Below, in pieces: positions 28,670 through 43,364 of a stretch of 64,000 bases of DNA; positions within the stretch are counted from its first letter, which is position 1, and each line of letters begins with the position of its first letter. Source of the DNA: Eledone cirrhosa (Eukaryota); assembly GCA_964016885.1 (NCBI GenBank), contig OZ024749.1, forward strand, positions 37,076,001 to 37,140,000, in the 5' to 3' direction. Below the pieces are notes generated by a model. It saw only the letters and a list, made by a program, of their open reading frames with translations, was not told the DNA's origin and ran no database searches. The position numbers and the translations under genes were made by a program.

Positions 28670-28721
<52 letters not shown>

Positions 28722-28851
28722 CACACACACATATACATATATATATATACATACATAAATATATACATACATACAAACACACACACACATGTATATATAT
28801 ATAATATACATATACATATATATGCATATATATATATATATACATACATAC

Positions 28852-28924
<73 letters not shown>

Positions 28925-28960
28925 ACATACAGATACATATATATGCATATATATATATAT

Positions 28961-29081
<121 letters not shown>

Positions 29082-29303
29082 CTTCTAAACGTTTCAACAC
29101 ATCACTTTTACAATGCTATGTTATTTTCTCAACTCTATATACACACTGCATCCTGTATTTAACATACGTGCGTTGGATTCCGAATTCTATGTTTATACTA
29201 ACACAGCACAGCAAAGATTTCCCTCCTTCTCTCTCTATATATACACACAAAATGTCCGATATTTAACAAAGTTAACATTTAGGTCGGCGGCGAGAATGTC
29301 GTT

Positions 29304-29403
<100 letters not shown>

Positions 29404-29699
29404 CGAACGTATCCCTCTAATCTCCTTTCCCAGCGCGAAGTCCGATGCAGTGTGATTGAGTGATTTTATTAAATGCGAGCATCCTGCAGTTTTTGGTGGT
29501 TATATTCGAATATTTAGCAGCATGACACTCTCAAGACTACGTAGAAGAAGAAGAAGAAGAAGAAGAAGAAGAAGAAGAAGAAGAAGAAGAAGAAGAAGAA
29601 GAAGAAGAAGAAGAAGAAGAAGAAGAAGAAGAAGAAGATAAAATTGCTTACATAAAATTATGATGTAAGAATTTTTAGATAAATATAAACACTTTAAAA

Positions 29700-29890
29700 C
29701 TGTTTCGGCTTGAAGGCTTGCGGGTGGTTTCATGTAGTTTGATATAAAAATATGAAAACGGTTAAAGCTTATAAATATTCTCTGATGTAGAGAAATGGCT
29801 GAAAAGACGATGACAATACCTCGTGTTCAGGTGCCAGCTTTCGCCTGCTCTGATGCGTGGATAAAGAAATTTGACATCACAACGGTGTCC
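29700..29890 (+). pseudogene. Possible decayed pogo/Tigger transposase CENP-B-type HTH fragment
   Basis: PAFACSDAWIKKF resembles the FxASxGWLxxF motif; upstream GWF and REMAEK lie in broken frames. Confidence 0.35.
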
Positions 29891-30114
29891 TTGATGAACG
29901 CATTCTTTCTTGAATTTTAACCCCGGAACAATCTTCTCGTCAACTCTATTGTACTGTTTGCAGTCACATAATAGACTAATGTCACACGCTGTAGGGTGTC
30001 ATATATAATTAATCTCGCTGGCTGTTTGTCAAATTATGAACGCATTTTATACACAACAGAATGTTTATAAAAGTGTGTGTATATATATTTATATACACAC
30101 ACACACACACACAT

Positions 30115-30182
<68 letters not shown>

Positions 30183-30717
30183 GTGAATGTGTGTGTGTGT
30201 ATGTATATATATTTGTACATGTGTGTGTAGATGAGGGTAACTGCAAACGTTTTTTTTTAAATATTTAAATGGGAGAACACGTGACTCTTCTATTTACTGA
30301 AGAGAATTTTAAAATGGCGGCTGACCCAGATTAGCAACTGTTTACAACCCGATCACGTGCACTAATCAACCTGGAATTTAGCTCTAAACTATATTCACAG
30401 CGAGTCTACTAACAGTCACATGATAGTATGATATATCACGTGATATGGTCTGTGGTGAGATATATAAATGATTAATGAATGGTTGATGAAAGCTCTAATG
30501 TTGACATCAGTCTACCTCTGGACTATTACCCGGGTAATGTGAGACTAATTCAGTCAGCTCAACTCAATATATTCACAATCCACTTACAATATCAGAAGTA
30601 GTTTATTACCGCAACCAAGTAGTTATACATTCTAAATTACATAATTTGTTATTTTATTGATCATTATTTCTTTAACGAACCGCTTAATTTTCTGATTGAT
30701 TACAAGTTTATTATTAA

Positions 30718-30935
30718 AATGGTTTCTTATATCGGCACAAAGCCAGCAATTTTGGGGGCAGCGGGAAGTCGATTAAATCGAACCTAGTGCGTGACTGGTA
30801 CTTTATTTTATCGACCCTCTAAGGATGAAAGGCATAGTTAACCTCGGCGGGATTTGAACTCAGACCGTAAAGGACCGTAACTCTATGCTGCAAAGCATGG
30901 TGTCCGACTCTACCGATACTGCCAATCCACCGCCC
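30718..30935 (-). mobile_element. SINE family A
   Basis: Full-length reverse-complement match. Confidence 0.9.
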
Positions 30936-30960
30936 TTCGAGTTTATTATTATAATAAAAC

Positions 30961-32370
30961 GGCGGCGAATTGGCAGAGTCGTTAGAACGTCGGATAGAAT
31001 GGCAGAGTCGTTAGAACGTCGGATAGAATGGTAGAGTGGTTAGAACGTCGGATAGAATGGTAGAGTGGTTAGAACGTCGGATAGAATGGTAGAGTGGTTA
31101 GAAGGTCAGATAGAATGGTAGAGTCGTTAGAACGTCGGATAGAATGGCAGAGTCGTTAGAACGTCGGATAGAATGGCAGAGTCTTTAGAACGTCGGATAG
31201 AATGGTAGAGTCGTTAGAACGTCGGATAGAATGGCAGAGTCGTTAGAACGTCGGATAGAATGGCAGAGTCGTTAGAACGTCAGATAGAATGGTAGAGTCG
31301 TTAGAACTTCGGATAGAATGGTAGAGTCGTTAGAACGTCGGATAGAATGGCAGAGTCGTTAGAACGTCAGATAGAATGGTAGAGTCGTTAGAACGTCGGA
31401 TAGAATGGTAGAGTCGTTAGAACGTCGGATAGAATGGCAGAGTCGTTAGAACGTCGGATAGAATGGTAGAGTCGTTAGAACGTCAGATAGAATGGTAGAG
31501 TCGTTAGAACGACGGATAGAATGGTAGAGTCGTTAGAACGTCGGATAGAATGGTAGAGTCATTAGAACGTCGGATTGAATGGCAGAGTCGTTAGAACGTC
31601 GGATAGAATGGTAGAGTCATTAGAACGTCGGATAGAATGGCAGAGTCGTTAGAACGTCAGATAGAATGGTAGAGTCATTAGAACGTCGGATAGAATGGCA
31701 GAGTCGTTAGAACGTCGGATAGAATGGCAGAGTGGTTAGAACGTCAGATAGAATGGTAGAGTCGTTAGAACGTCGGATAGAATGGCAGAGTCGTTAGAAC
31801 GTCGGATAGAATGGCTGAGTCATTAGAACGTCGGATAGAATGGCAGAGTGGTTAGAACGTCAGATAGAATGGTAGAGTCGTTAGAACGTCGGATAGAATG
31901 GTAGAGTCGTTAGAACGTCAGATAGAATGGTAGAGTCGTTAGAACGTCGGATAGAATGGCAGAGTCATTAGAACGTCGGATAGAATGGCAGAGTGGTTAG
32001 AACGTCAGATAGAATGGCAGAGTCGTTAGAACGTCGGATAGAATGGCAGAATCATTAGAACGTCGGATAGAATGGCAGAGTGGTTAGAACGTCAGATAGA
32101 ATGGCAGAGTCGTTAGAACGTCGGATAGAATGGTAGAGTCGTTAGAACGTCAGATAGAATGGTAGAGTCGTTAGAACGTCAGATCGAATGGTAGAGTCGT
32201 TAGAACGTCGGATAGAATGCTTTATGGTATTCGTTCCAACTCTCTGTTCCCAGAGTTCAAATCCCGCGGAGGTCAACTTTGCCTTTCATCTTTACGGGGT
32301 CGATAAAATAAAGTACCAGTAATGCACTGGGATAATTGCTGGCCTTGTGCCAAAAGTTGAAACAATTATT
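30961..32370 (+). mobile_element. SINE family A with an internal 29-bp x43 tandem array of the A-box segment
   Basis: Head ggcggcgaat, then tgg(c/t)agagtcgttagaacgtcggatagaa repeated in phase over 30971-32217, then a single B-box gagttcaaatccc, core and tail. Confidence 0.92.
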
Positions 32371-32770
32371 ATAATGGTCTCTTATATAGGCACAAGGCCA
32401 GCAATTTTGGGAGAAGGGGGTTTATTTTATCGATCCCGTGCCGATGAAAGGCAAAGTTAACCTCGGCAGGATTTGAAATTAGATCATAAAGGGCTGCAAC
32501 TCTATGCTGCAAAGCATGGCGTCTGACCCTCTATCGATTCTACCAATCCACCGCCCTAAATAATGGTTTCTAGTATACGCACATGGACAGCAATTTTGGG
32601 GGGAGGGGGAAAGTCGATTAAATTGACCCCAGTGCGTGACTGGTACTTTATTTATCGACCCCCTGAGGATGAAAGGCAATGTTAACCTCGGTGGGATTTG
32701 AACTTAGACCGTAAACTCTGCTGCAAAGCATGGTGTCTGACCATCCACCGATTCTGCCAATCAACCGCCC
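32371..32770 (-). mobile_element. Two tandem SINE family A copies (32371-32556, 32559-32770)
   Basis: Reverse-complement matches, tail-to-tail with the array-bearing SINE. Confidence 0.88.
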
Positions 32771-33070
32771 TCAAGTATATTATTATAATAATATCTTATA
32801 TTTTACTTTTAAATAGTAATATATTTACTTCATGCATTCTTGGTGGCGATGTAATAGAGTTGCTAGAGCTCTCCTTATTTTGTCTTGTTCTCTATGCTTC
32901 GAGTTCAAATCTCGCCGAGATCCAGTAATTATCATATTTACTATGCAAACCATTACTAAATATGATACAAAAGACTTCTTTGTTGGGCACAGTACATATA
33001 CTAAGAAAGTACTCTCTGCCTATGGACATCGTTAAGACTAGAATATCAGTAATAATTATATTTACTGAGC

Positions 33071-33253
33071 AATTGGCAGTATCGGTAGAGGGTCGGACGC
33101 CATGCTCTGCAGCACAGTTACGTCCCTTTACGGACTGAGTTCAAATCCCGCCGAGGTTAACTTTGCCTTTCATCCTTACGGGGGTCGATAAAATAAAGTA
33201 CCAGTAATACACTGGGATAATTGCTGGCCTTGTGCCAAAGGTAGAAACAATTA
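33071..33253 (+). mobile_element. SINE family A with 19-bp TSD
   Basis: aattatatttactgagcaa at 33054-33072 and 33249-33267. Confidence 0.93.
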
Positions 33254-33715
33254 TATTTACTGAGCAAACCACCAACAATAATAATGATAATAACAATAAT
33301 GACAACACACGGTGAGATATTGTAAATTACACATTAGAAATTATTAGAGAGAGAGAGACAGAGTGAGTGAGGGTGGAGAGAGAGAGGGTGAAGAGACAGA
33401 GAGAGGGGGAGATAGAGGGAGAGAGTTATGTTGTGTCAACCGACTGATCTTTGTCTGAACAAATATTTTAAACTATATAAATTGTTATTAGCCAATTTGC
33501 TGTTTATTTAATTTCTGGTGCTGCTGTTGTTGTTGTTGTTGTCGTCGTTGTTGTTGCTGCTGTTGTATTCTTCAAGACACAAAGGCTTGTTATCTCTGAT
33601 TTTGTACCAGCAGATCAGTCGATCAGTCATCCGGAAAAGAAGAAGTCAAAATAAATGAAAATAAGAAAATGAATTACACAGCAAGGCGTAGATTCCCTAA
33701 AGCTAGCAGCCGACA

Positions 33716-33757
<42 letters not shown>

Positions 33758-33768
33758 ATATATATATA

Positions 33769-33816
<48 letters not shown>

Positions 33817-33905
33817 CATATATATTTAATGTAAATTTATATATATATATATATATATAGGGGGGTGTAAAACGCTATACAAAGTCATAAGGATAAATAT
33901 CAACA

Positions 33906-34590
33906 TCATGGACATGGCTTAAACAAGGTGATTTGAAGCGTACCAATGAAAGCCTTATAATTGCAGCACAAAACCAAGCTCTTACTACCAATTCTGTGAA
34001 GTATAACATCTACAAAACTGCTGACACCCAGAAATAGATACTTTGTAAAAAAAATGTGAAAAATGTAACTCACTTGGTAAGTGGATGTGAGAGACTTGCT
34101 CAAAAATAATACAAGCGTAGCCGCCATGATAAAGTCTGTTTATACCTTCATTGGCTGTTATGTCGTAAAAACCAATACGAAGTAATAGAGAATTGATATG
34201 AGCATGTGTCTTGTTAAGTAATGCAGGAGGATAGGAAAGCAACGATATAGAGGGATGATGATTTTCAAACTGATAGAGTGGTTGAACAAGAAAGACTGAA
34301 TACTGTCAGATCATAGACGTAGCCATACCAGATGATATGAATATTGCAAGTAAAGAGGTTGAAAATATCACCAAGTACTCCGAATTGAATATGGAGATGG
34401 CAAAACTATTTATAATGCGAGGGGGGAGGGGGGAATGTGCAAGTGATACCAGTTGTGATCGGGATATTAGTGATAATTCCATTGAAACGACAAATCTTTT
34501 TAAAACGTTTGGGGAATACCATGCAAATATCATACAAAAATTAGCCTTTAAGGAAGGCATTATCTGGCTGAGATTCTTGTTGTGACTTGA
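33906..34590 (+). pseudogene. Decayed R4/Dong-clade LINE ORF (CCHC knuckle plus RLE)
   Basis: SWTWLKQGDLKRTNESLIIAAQNQAL...LC...VTHLVSGCERLAQK*YKRSRHDKV, then IIDVAIPDDMNIASKEVENITKYSEL; stops and frameshifts present. Confidence 0.85.
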
Positions 34591-34796
34591 CAGATGACTA
34601 CATACTTCTAACATTACATACCGTGATTTAAAAACATATCAATAGAAGTTTATAGTCTATTTAATGGATCATCATTTTAAACTGGTACTTATTTCATAGA
34701 CCTCGTTAAGATAAGATTGAAACTGGGAGACGAGAATTTGAACTCAGAAATGTGATAGAATAATCTTTTGTCATATATATATATTTATATAAAAAT

Positions 34797-35156
34797 AATA
34801 ATTGTTTCTACTTTTGGCACAAGGCCAGCAATTACCTAGTACATTACTGGTACTTTATTTTATCGACCCCGTAAGGATGAAAGGCAAAGTTAACCTCGGC
34901 GGGATTTGAACTCAAATTGGCAAGGGCCGTAACTCTATGCGTCAAAGCAATACTGCCAATCCAAAATAATAATTGTTTCTACTTTAGGCACAAGGCCAGC
35001 AATTACCCAGTGCATTACTGGTACTTTATTTTATCGACCCCGTAAGGATGAAAGGTAAAGTCAACCTCGGCGGGATTTGAACTCAGATCGTAAAGGGACG
35101 TAACTATGCTGGAAAGCATGGCGTCTGACCCTCTACCGATACTGCCAATCCACCGC
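34797..35156 (-). mobile_element. Two tandem SINE family A copies
   Basis: Reverse-complement matches at 34797-34962 and 34969-35156. Confidence 0.9.
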
Positions 35157-35289
35157 AATAATGATGTTTACAATGTTATAAAGGTACTCAATACATTAGT
35201 ACAGTGTAAACATGTATATATATATGCGTGTATATATATATATATATATACAAACATTCATACATAGATACATTCATTCATACATACAT

Positions 35290-35620
35290 AGTGGCTGCCA
35301 ACTCGTTTTCGAGTACAGCCACTACTTTATATCCATGTAGGAGAACCCCTACCGATTCGCTGAACGAGTGTAACATGTTAGTCCACCCAGCGACTTGAAA
35401 ACTCTGGTACAAACACTACACTTGTGACAATTATTGACACATAGTGCTGGGCCCATGGTACCATGTGACGACAAGTGCAGAGAGATCTCCAGATATAAAG
35501 CAATGCCTGTGCCGTGAAGCTTTTATAGTGAGCAAAGGCACTGCACAAAGCCAGTCCCACTCTCTTAACCAAGATGATATTTACCAAAAAGAAGAACAAG
35601 TGAACATCATTGGATACCAT
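35290..35620. mobile_element. Family C repeat, truncated
   Basis: Matches the first ~330 bp of 3353-3958; ends in (CATA)n. Confidence 0.85.
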
Positions 35621-35981
35621 CATACATACATACATACATATATACGTACATATGTTGAGATCGTTATGTCGTTATGTGAGTTGACCAAACCTAATATTTC
35701 CTTTACTCCTCCAGCGTTCCCCCGATTCCCTTTTATTCCCTAAACCTGATATAGAGTTCCATTTATCTCATCTAATTTCAATTCTTTCTTTGGGAAAACA
35801 TTAGAAATTCTTGCTTTTGTAGCCATCTATTTCACTGACTAGTTTTGTTGTTGTTGTTGTTGCAGTTGTTCTTAGTAGTGTTGTTACTTTTGATGTTGTT
35901 GGCTTTTATTATATATATATATATATAAGTGTGTGTGTGTATGTGTGTATGTATGTATATATATATGTATGTGTGTGTATG

Positions 35982-36052
<71 letters not shown>

Positions 36053-36069
36053 ATGTATATATATGTATT

Positions 36070-36100
<31 letters not shown>

Positions 36101-36115
36101 GTATGTATATATATG

Positions 36116-36146
<31 letters not shown>

Positions 36147-36159
36147 GTATATATATATG

Positions 36160-36190
<31 letters not shown>

Positions 36191-36231
36191 GTATATATAT
36201 GTATATATATATATATGTATATATATGTATA

Positions 36232-36307
<76 letters not shown>

Positions 36308-36636
36308 GCTATTATTTTTATTTATGTATTGATTGTTTTGCTTTAAATATATTTAATATGTGTGTGTTTGTGTTTGTGTGTTTTGCATATTCTTCTTCTT
36401 CTTCTTCTTCTTCTTCTTCTTCTTCTTCTTCCCTCCCTCTCCCCCAACGCCCCATGCACACACAAACTCCAACAAGGACACAGTAGATGTGGTTAACTTG
36501 ATATTACAAAACAAAAAAATCGAAAAAAAAAATCAAGAAATATGTATCAATGAAAATGCCCCCCACCTCATCTCTGCATATATATGTGTGCGTGTGTGTA
36601 TGTATGTGTGTGTACACAGATAAATAAATGAATATA

Positions 36637-36736
<100 letters not shown>

Positions 36737-36791
36737 GTATATATATATATATATGTGTTTGTATATTCATTAATTTATTTATATATATATC

Positions 36792-36844
<53 letters not shown>

Positions 36845-36977
36845 GTATATATGTATATATATATGTATGTATATATATATATATATATGAGTTTGTATAT
36901 TTATTAATTTATTTATATATATATATATACACACACACATATATATATATATATAAATATACCTCTATAAATATATA

Positions 36978-36989
36978 CCTCTACCTCGT

Positions 36990-37036
<47 letters not shown>

Positions 37037-37062
37037 ATATATATAAATATATATATATATGC

Positions 37063-37109
<47 letters not shown>

Positions 37110-37131
37110 GAGAGAGGGGACGAGGTAGAGG
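36978..37131. repeat. Inverted duplication centred on (TA)n
   Basis: cctctacctcgtccc-(CT)n-ctgca-(TA)n-tgcag-(AG)n-gggacgaggtagagg. Confidence 0.85.
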
Positions 37132-38216
37132 GAGGAAGAGGGAATGAGTGAAAAGGAAGGCAAGCAAGAACAAAGGAAATTGAGATGAAAATGGATATGA
37201 ACTTTGGCATATCGTCTACGAACCTTTACCGTAGCTGGAAGGGCATTGCAATGCGCTGCGCTGCGTTTACTTATAAAGACGACAGTGCGATTTTAATATT
37301 CTCATCCATCCTGGTTTCGTACATAGATCTGGGCAGTGATATCATATCTAGAGGCACTGTTAGCTCCCTAGTACAAAAGATTCGGATTAGCGAGAGCCAG
37401 CACCCCGCGATGCTGCTTTCCTCACCTAGTTCGGCCAACGGGACGCAGTTAGGCGCCGAGTGTGTTAGCAGAGGGCGGAAGACCGCCCGTTGTCCAAACT
37501 CTGGCATGCACGTAAACAAAAGTCGCTTTTCTCCAGTTTTTTTTTCCGCTAACGTCTTAATATGCATTTTTCTCTCCGCCATTTTCTTTCTCGTTGCTTA
37601 CTATTTTTGTTGTTGTTGTTGTTGTTGTTGTTGTTGCTGTTGTTGTTGTTGTTGTTGTTGTTCTTCTTCTTCTTCTTCTTCTTCTTCTTCTTCTTCTTCT
37701 TCTTCTTCTTCTTCTTCTTTATTTTGCCTTTTCTATATATATTCTTTATATCCTTCTCCATTTGTCATTTTATTGTTGTTTCTATTATAGTTGTCGTTAT
37801 TGTAATTGTTGTTGTTATTGTAATTCTTTTTGCTATTGTAATTGGCTATTGTTGTTGTAGTCGTTATTGTTACTATTGTTGCACGTCTATGTTGTTGTTG
37901 CTATTGTTGTAGTTGTTGTTGTTATTGTAGTCGTTGTTGTTATTGTAGTCGTTGTTGTTATTGTAGTCGTTGTTGTTATTGTAGTTGTTGTTGTTACTAT
38001 TGTTGCACGTCTATGTTGTTGTTGCTATTGTTGTAGTTGTTGTTGTTATTGTAGTCGTTGTTGTTATTGTAGTCATTGTTGTTATTGTAGTTGTTGTTGT
38101 TACTATTGTTGAACGTCTATGTTGTTGTTGTTATTGTTATTGTCTTCTTCCATCTCTTCAATTTATGTCTCTCAATCTCGCCATAATTCATATTTGTCTT
38201 TCCTCACTCTTTCATT

Positions 38217-38297
<81 letters not shown>

Positions 38298-38377
38298 ACT
38301 TAGTCTCTGCTTGTCTGTTTGTCTGTCTCTTTCTCTTTCTCTCTCTAGATTACACATTTACTCTTTCTCCCCCCCCC

Positions 38378-38442
<65 letters not shown>

Positions 38443-38476
38443 TGTTTCACTATCTTGCAGTGTGTGTCAGAACAAA

Positions 38477-38541
<65 letters not shown>

Positions 38542-38679
38542 AAGGTTAAACAAGGTTCAATGAATAAATCAAAGAATGAGTTTTACAATAGATTGGAAGC
38601 ACACAACAGTGAAAGGTTTGCCAGAGTTATTAATATTAATTCAAAATATTAACAAAATAGATATTCTTGTGATCAAGTA

Positions 38680-38746
38680 TATTTTATTATACATATTTCA
38701 GAGGTACTGAGTTAACTTCAACAGTACGTCCTCATCAGATAAAATA
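38680..38746 (-). ncRNA. Minimal type-I hammerhead ribozyme (H1)
   Basis: UAUUUUAU-CUGAUGA-GGAcGUACUG..CAGUACcUCU-GAA-AUAUGUAU-A-AUAAAAUA. Confidence 0.85.
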
Positions 38747-38834
38747 AGATATGATGCATGCCATACCCTGACATAGTAGATGGTTAAGATTCAGTCAAAC
38801 CATCTACTATGTCAGGGTATGTCATGCATCATCT

Positions 38835-38901
38835 TATTTTATCTGATGAGGACGTACTGTTGAAGTTAACTCAGTACCTCTGAAATATGTATAATAAAAT
38901 A
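38835..38901 (+). ncRNA. Minimal type-I hammerhead ribozyme (H1)
   Basis: Identical mirror of 38680-38746. Confidence 0.85.
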
Positions 38902-38944
38902 TACTTGATCACAAGAATATCTATTTTGTTAATATTTTGAATTA

Positions 38945-39003
<59 letters not shown>

Positions 39004-39078
39004 TATACTCTAAATGTATGCATGCGGATGAAAAAGAAGTTATACCATGAATTAAACAATAGGTATATATTTCTATGC

Positions 39079-39315
<237 letters not shown>

Positions 39316-39372
39316 CATATATATACATATATATATATATACATATATATATATACATATATATATATACAT

Positions 39373-39407
<35 letters not shown>

Positions 39408-40244
39408 CACATTCAAATATATGCATGTACATCTATGTAACCATGTATGCAAATTTATACGTGTGTATAATTATATGCCTGTGTGGGTGTATATAATATG
39501 TATGTATGTATACAATATACAGACACGTGTGTGTTATTTTTCTCCAATGTCTGGATGTGATTCATTAACAATGGCAAACTTGTGTGAATACCATCTTAAT
39601 CCACCCTGCTGGGAACGTTTCCCACCCCTATTAATCTCACATCTCTATCCTACAACCAAACCTTCCACTCTCCATGTTTTCTACCCACAATGTCGGACTC
39701 TCTGCGATCATTGTAAGGGAGTAACAATCACCTAAATAACGAATGGCCTCGATGTCAAAACACGAGCGAGATTCGAACGCAGACACTGTCAAAAATATAT
39801 AAATTTAAATATATTTGCATATGAATATCTATCTAGCCATAACCACATACACTCGCGGACACAAATAATATTATATATGAATGAATATATGTGTGTGTGT
39901 ATATGTGTGTGTGTGTATGCACGTCCGAACGAAATTATTCACAATTTTCGTAATTAAATTTTAGGTTTTATACATGACATTTACGTTGGCCTTCTTAAGC
40001 CTTAATTAGAGGGTCTTAGATTTCATCGATGAATTAGTGGATTAATTAAATATTTCTATAAATCTACTGAGCTGCTGCTGCTGCTGCTGCTGCTTCTTCT
40101 TCTTCTTCTTCTTCTTCTTCTTCTTCTTCTTCTTCTTCTTCTTCTTCTTCTTCTTCTTCTTCTTCTTCTTCTTCTTCTTCTTCTTCTTCTTCTTCTTCTT
40201 CTTCTTCTTCTCCCACTTATTCATAAGAGGGCCGTGATGATGGA

Positions 40245-41045
40245 GTCCTCAGACACGCCTTCCAGACGGTCCTTTCAGAAGCAATCGTCTTCAAATTAAT
40301 CGGATGGGTCCCCAAGCTAGAGCAAACGAGCGTATGAATGTTATTTAACCATCATGTTCGTTGACTACCTCTCGGTTTCCCGCCTGATGGCCTCGTCCAT
40401 AATATCTCTCCGGCGATTTTTCCTTAACCCTTTAGCATTTACATTACTCTATATTTACTATTGTATTTTTGTAGTAAAGGCTTTATCTTACATAATTATC
40501 TCCCATAATATCGAATCTATGTTATTTATTTTGAGAACAATACCTCAACATCAGTATGAGGAGCTGGTTACAGCTGGTTTAAACAGAAAGAGGTGAGAGA
40601 ATTCTGGCCGGATATGGCCGGTTTAAATGATAAAGGGTTAATTAAGCCTTTTAACCAAATTTCCGTCGTAATGGAGCTCTGATCTCGCGATGCCGAGAAG
40701 TATCTGGAGAATTCCCTGATGTCCGCGCTACGCATAATATCGAGTAACGCTACTCCAGAGAACTTCTGGAGAAACCTCATTTTGTCCACTTTTATTTGCG
40801 ATCAAATTCTTTTGGTTATTACTTAACATTCGTGACCATATATAAGAGGGTGCACGAACATCGAATTGAAGATAACTTCTACATTTACTTACTTTCTTCT
40901 GCTGACCGAATGCTGGGGTTGGCACATTAATGCACCAGCTCCAGCAATTCTTGCACTTAATCCAGTCGCTTCTCTACCATTACTCGCGAAGATTGCCCCC
41001 AAAATACCTGAATATAGAGATTGTGATAATTACTTCACCTGTAAC
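40245..41045 (-). pseudogene. Decayed RTE-clade LINE 3' region interrupted by a MITE
   Basis: ...LLIYGHEC...KMRFLQKFSGVALLDIMRSADIRE matches the RTE EMRFLRRIxGVTxxDxxRxxxIRE motif; the 3' end abuts (GAA)n. Confidence 0.75.
40428..40637. mobile_element. piggyBac-like MITE with TTAA TSD
   Basis: TTAA-ccctttagcattta ... taaatgataaaggg-TTAA; related copy at 57324-57704. Confidence 0.8.
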
Positions 41046-41668
41046 GTCTATACTAAGTGTCTGAAAAAGAGATGTATGGATATTTTCGAGTTTAAACCAC
41101 TTGAGCAACACTGTAGTTTTCACCCCTGATGTAGATCAGCCGTCCAAACATACTTTCTACGCCAGTTCTTCGAGATATATTGGAAGCATTGCCAATATCT
41201 GTATGTTTCTTACCTCAAACTTAAAGACAAATACGACTGCGATTCGCAAGAATTTCGTGGATACATATAACAAATAAGATATGTTATCACTTGAAGGAAG
41301 GCTCAAGCCAAAACTGTCCAAAGTTCGTCTATAAGTGTTTAAAGTTTTACTATATATATATCATTCTGTACATAAACTAGTTACCTGCCTTCAAGAGAGT
41401 ACGTTGGTTATTTGTAATTTATATCTATGTACATGATGGTTTCTTTTCTGTCAATAATAATAAAGGCTTCTTTATATCTATGTACATAGTACTAGCAAAT
41501 CTGTAGAGCTGCCATAGAGAGAATATTTTGACTGTTATTATCAGCACTTATTATGACCAGTCCTGTAATACCTGCCTTCTGAGAGACGTTAGTTTTATTC
41601 GATCGCCTTACTTAGGCAGATAACTATTTAATGTACAGAACCCGGGACTCACGCACGCACACACACAC

Positions 41669-41788
<120 letters not shown>

Positions 41789-41823
41789 ACACACACACAC
41801 GCACATACACACACACACGCACA

Positions 41824-41887
<64 letters not shown>

Positions 41888-42238
41888 ACACACACATTTT
41901 AAAATTAATCTTATTCTTATGAAATAAACCTACTTTATTGTATTTTATTCTCATTTACTTCTGTTTTCTCTTTATTTATAATTTATTATTATTTTTTTAT
42001 TTCAGGATATATATTTTCATTATTTTTTTATAGTTACTTATCTGTTCAACTTCAATTAGAATATTTTCCATCTATCTCAATTCAATGCTATTTCTGACTA
42101 AGGGTGGTCCAGCAAAACCTAAAAGACAAATTATAAACCTAGCAGAAAGTGGACTAGCTCCACATGCATGCTATTGTATCTGAGGGTATTCACTCATTCA
42201 GCCGTGTAAACTCTGTATCGGGGAAATGTTACATATCC

Positions 42239-42312
<74 letters not shown>

Positions 42313-42992
42313 TGTGTATATATATATATATATAAGTGTGTGTGAACCTGTGCGCGTGTTTGAGTGTGTGTGTGCATCTGTTTATTTATTCCATGAATCT
42401 AATTCGTAAATTTGTGGTTTTTGTTTAGGGAATAAACCTCTAATTATCTATTTAAAATGAAAAGATGTGACAGAGAAAACAACAGAGCGATGTGGTCAAT
42501 GGTCAATAGAGAGGGAGGGGCGGAAATGGAGGGAAAAGAAGAGAGGGGGAGAGGAAAAAAGACGGTAGGTGGTAAGATAGATAGAGGTAGAAAGTGTGGT
42601 GTAGAGGTGAAGGTGGAGTAAGAGGCCTGTGAGGAAAGGACTGGAAATATGAAAAGGAAAAATATGAGAACAAGGATGATATTAATGATCTTGATGGCGT
42701 TGGGCATGATGATGATAATAACAGTGATGATGAAGAGGAAGGAAAAGTAGGGTGAGAGAAGAAGAAGAAGAAGAAAAAAGAGGGAGGAGAAAAGAACAAC
42801 AAAAACAACTACAACAATATAATAAAGAAGATGAAAATATAATTTTATGATGGGGGAGTTGGGTGAAATATAACGAAGATGTGGGTTAATTTTGCACCTT
42901 TAAACAAGTGAATATATATATATAAATGCATATGAATGTTTATACATACATATAACACACACACACACACACACATAAATGAATGTATATAA

Positions 42993-43023
<31 letters not shown>

Positions 43024-43324
43024 CATTTGTATACGTAGCAGGGGGAGGAGTGCGTGTTAGGAAGTGGGTTGGAGTAGGTCTAATTTGTTACCGGCAATGG
43101 CTTTCTGGCAGCGATTCATGCCAAGATTGATTCAACAAAGGATACGGGTACACTTAAAGGGTTGTTGCTTCTTTGTAAGGGGCATCCACCCGCATCATAT
43201 CACCATACCACCCCTTGCACTCTTTCCCCTTCTTTTTCTCTCTTTCTCTTGCTCCTCTCTCTCTCTCTCGCTCTCTCTCTCTCTCTCGCTCGCTCATATA
43301 TATATATATATTTATATGAATATA

Positions 43325-43331
43325 TGTATGA

Positions 43332-43364
<33 letters not shown>

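Larger units (their letters stand above)
38539..38946. mobile_element. Fold-back dual-HHR element, family H1
   Basis: ~38634-38787 pairs with 38798-38948; the left arm is ~95 bp longer; (TA)n on both sides. Confidence 0.9.

Noticed and set aside
30971-32217. CRISPR-like regular array
   Set aside because: Contiguous 29-bp units with no unique spacers; derived from a SINE head; eukaryotic context.
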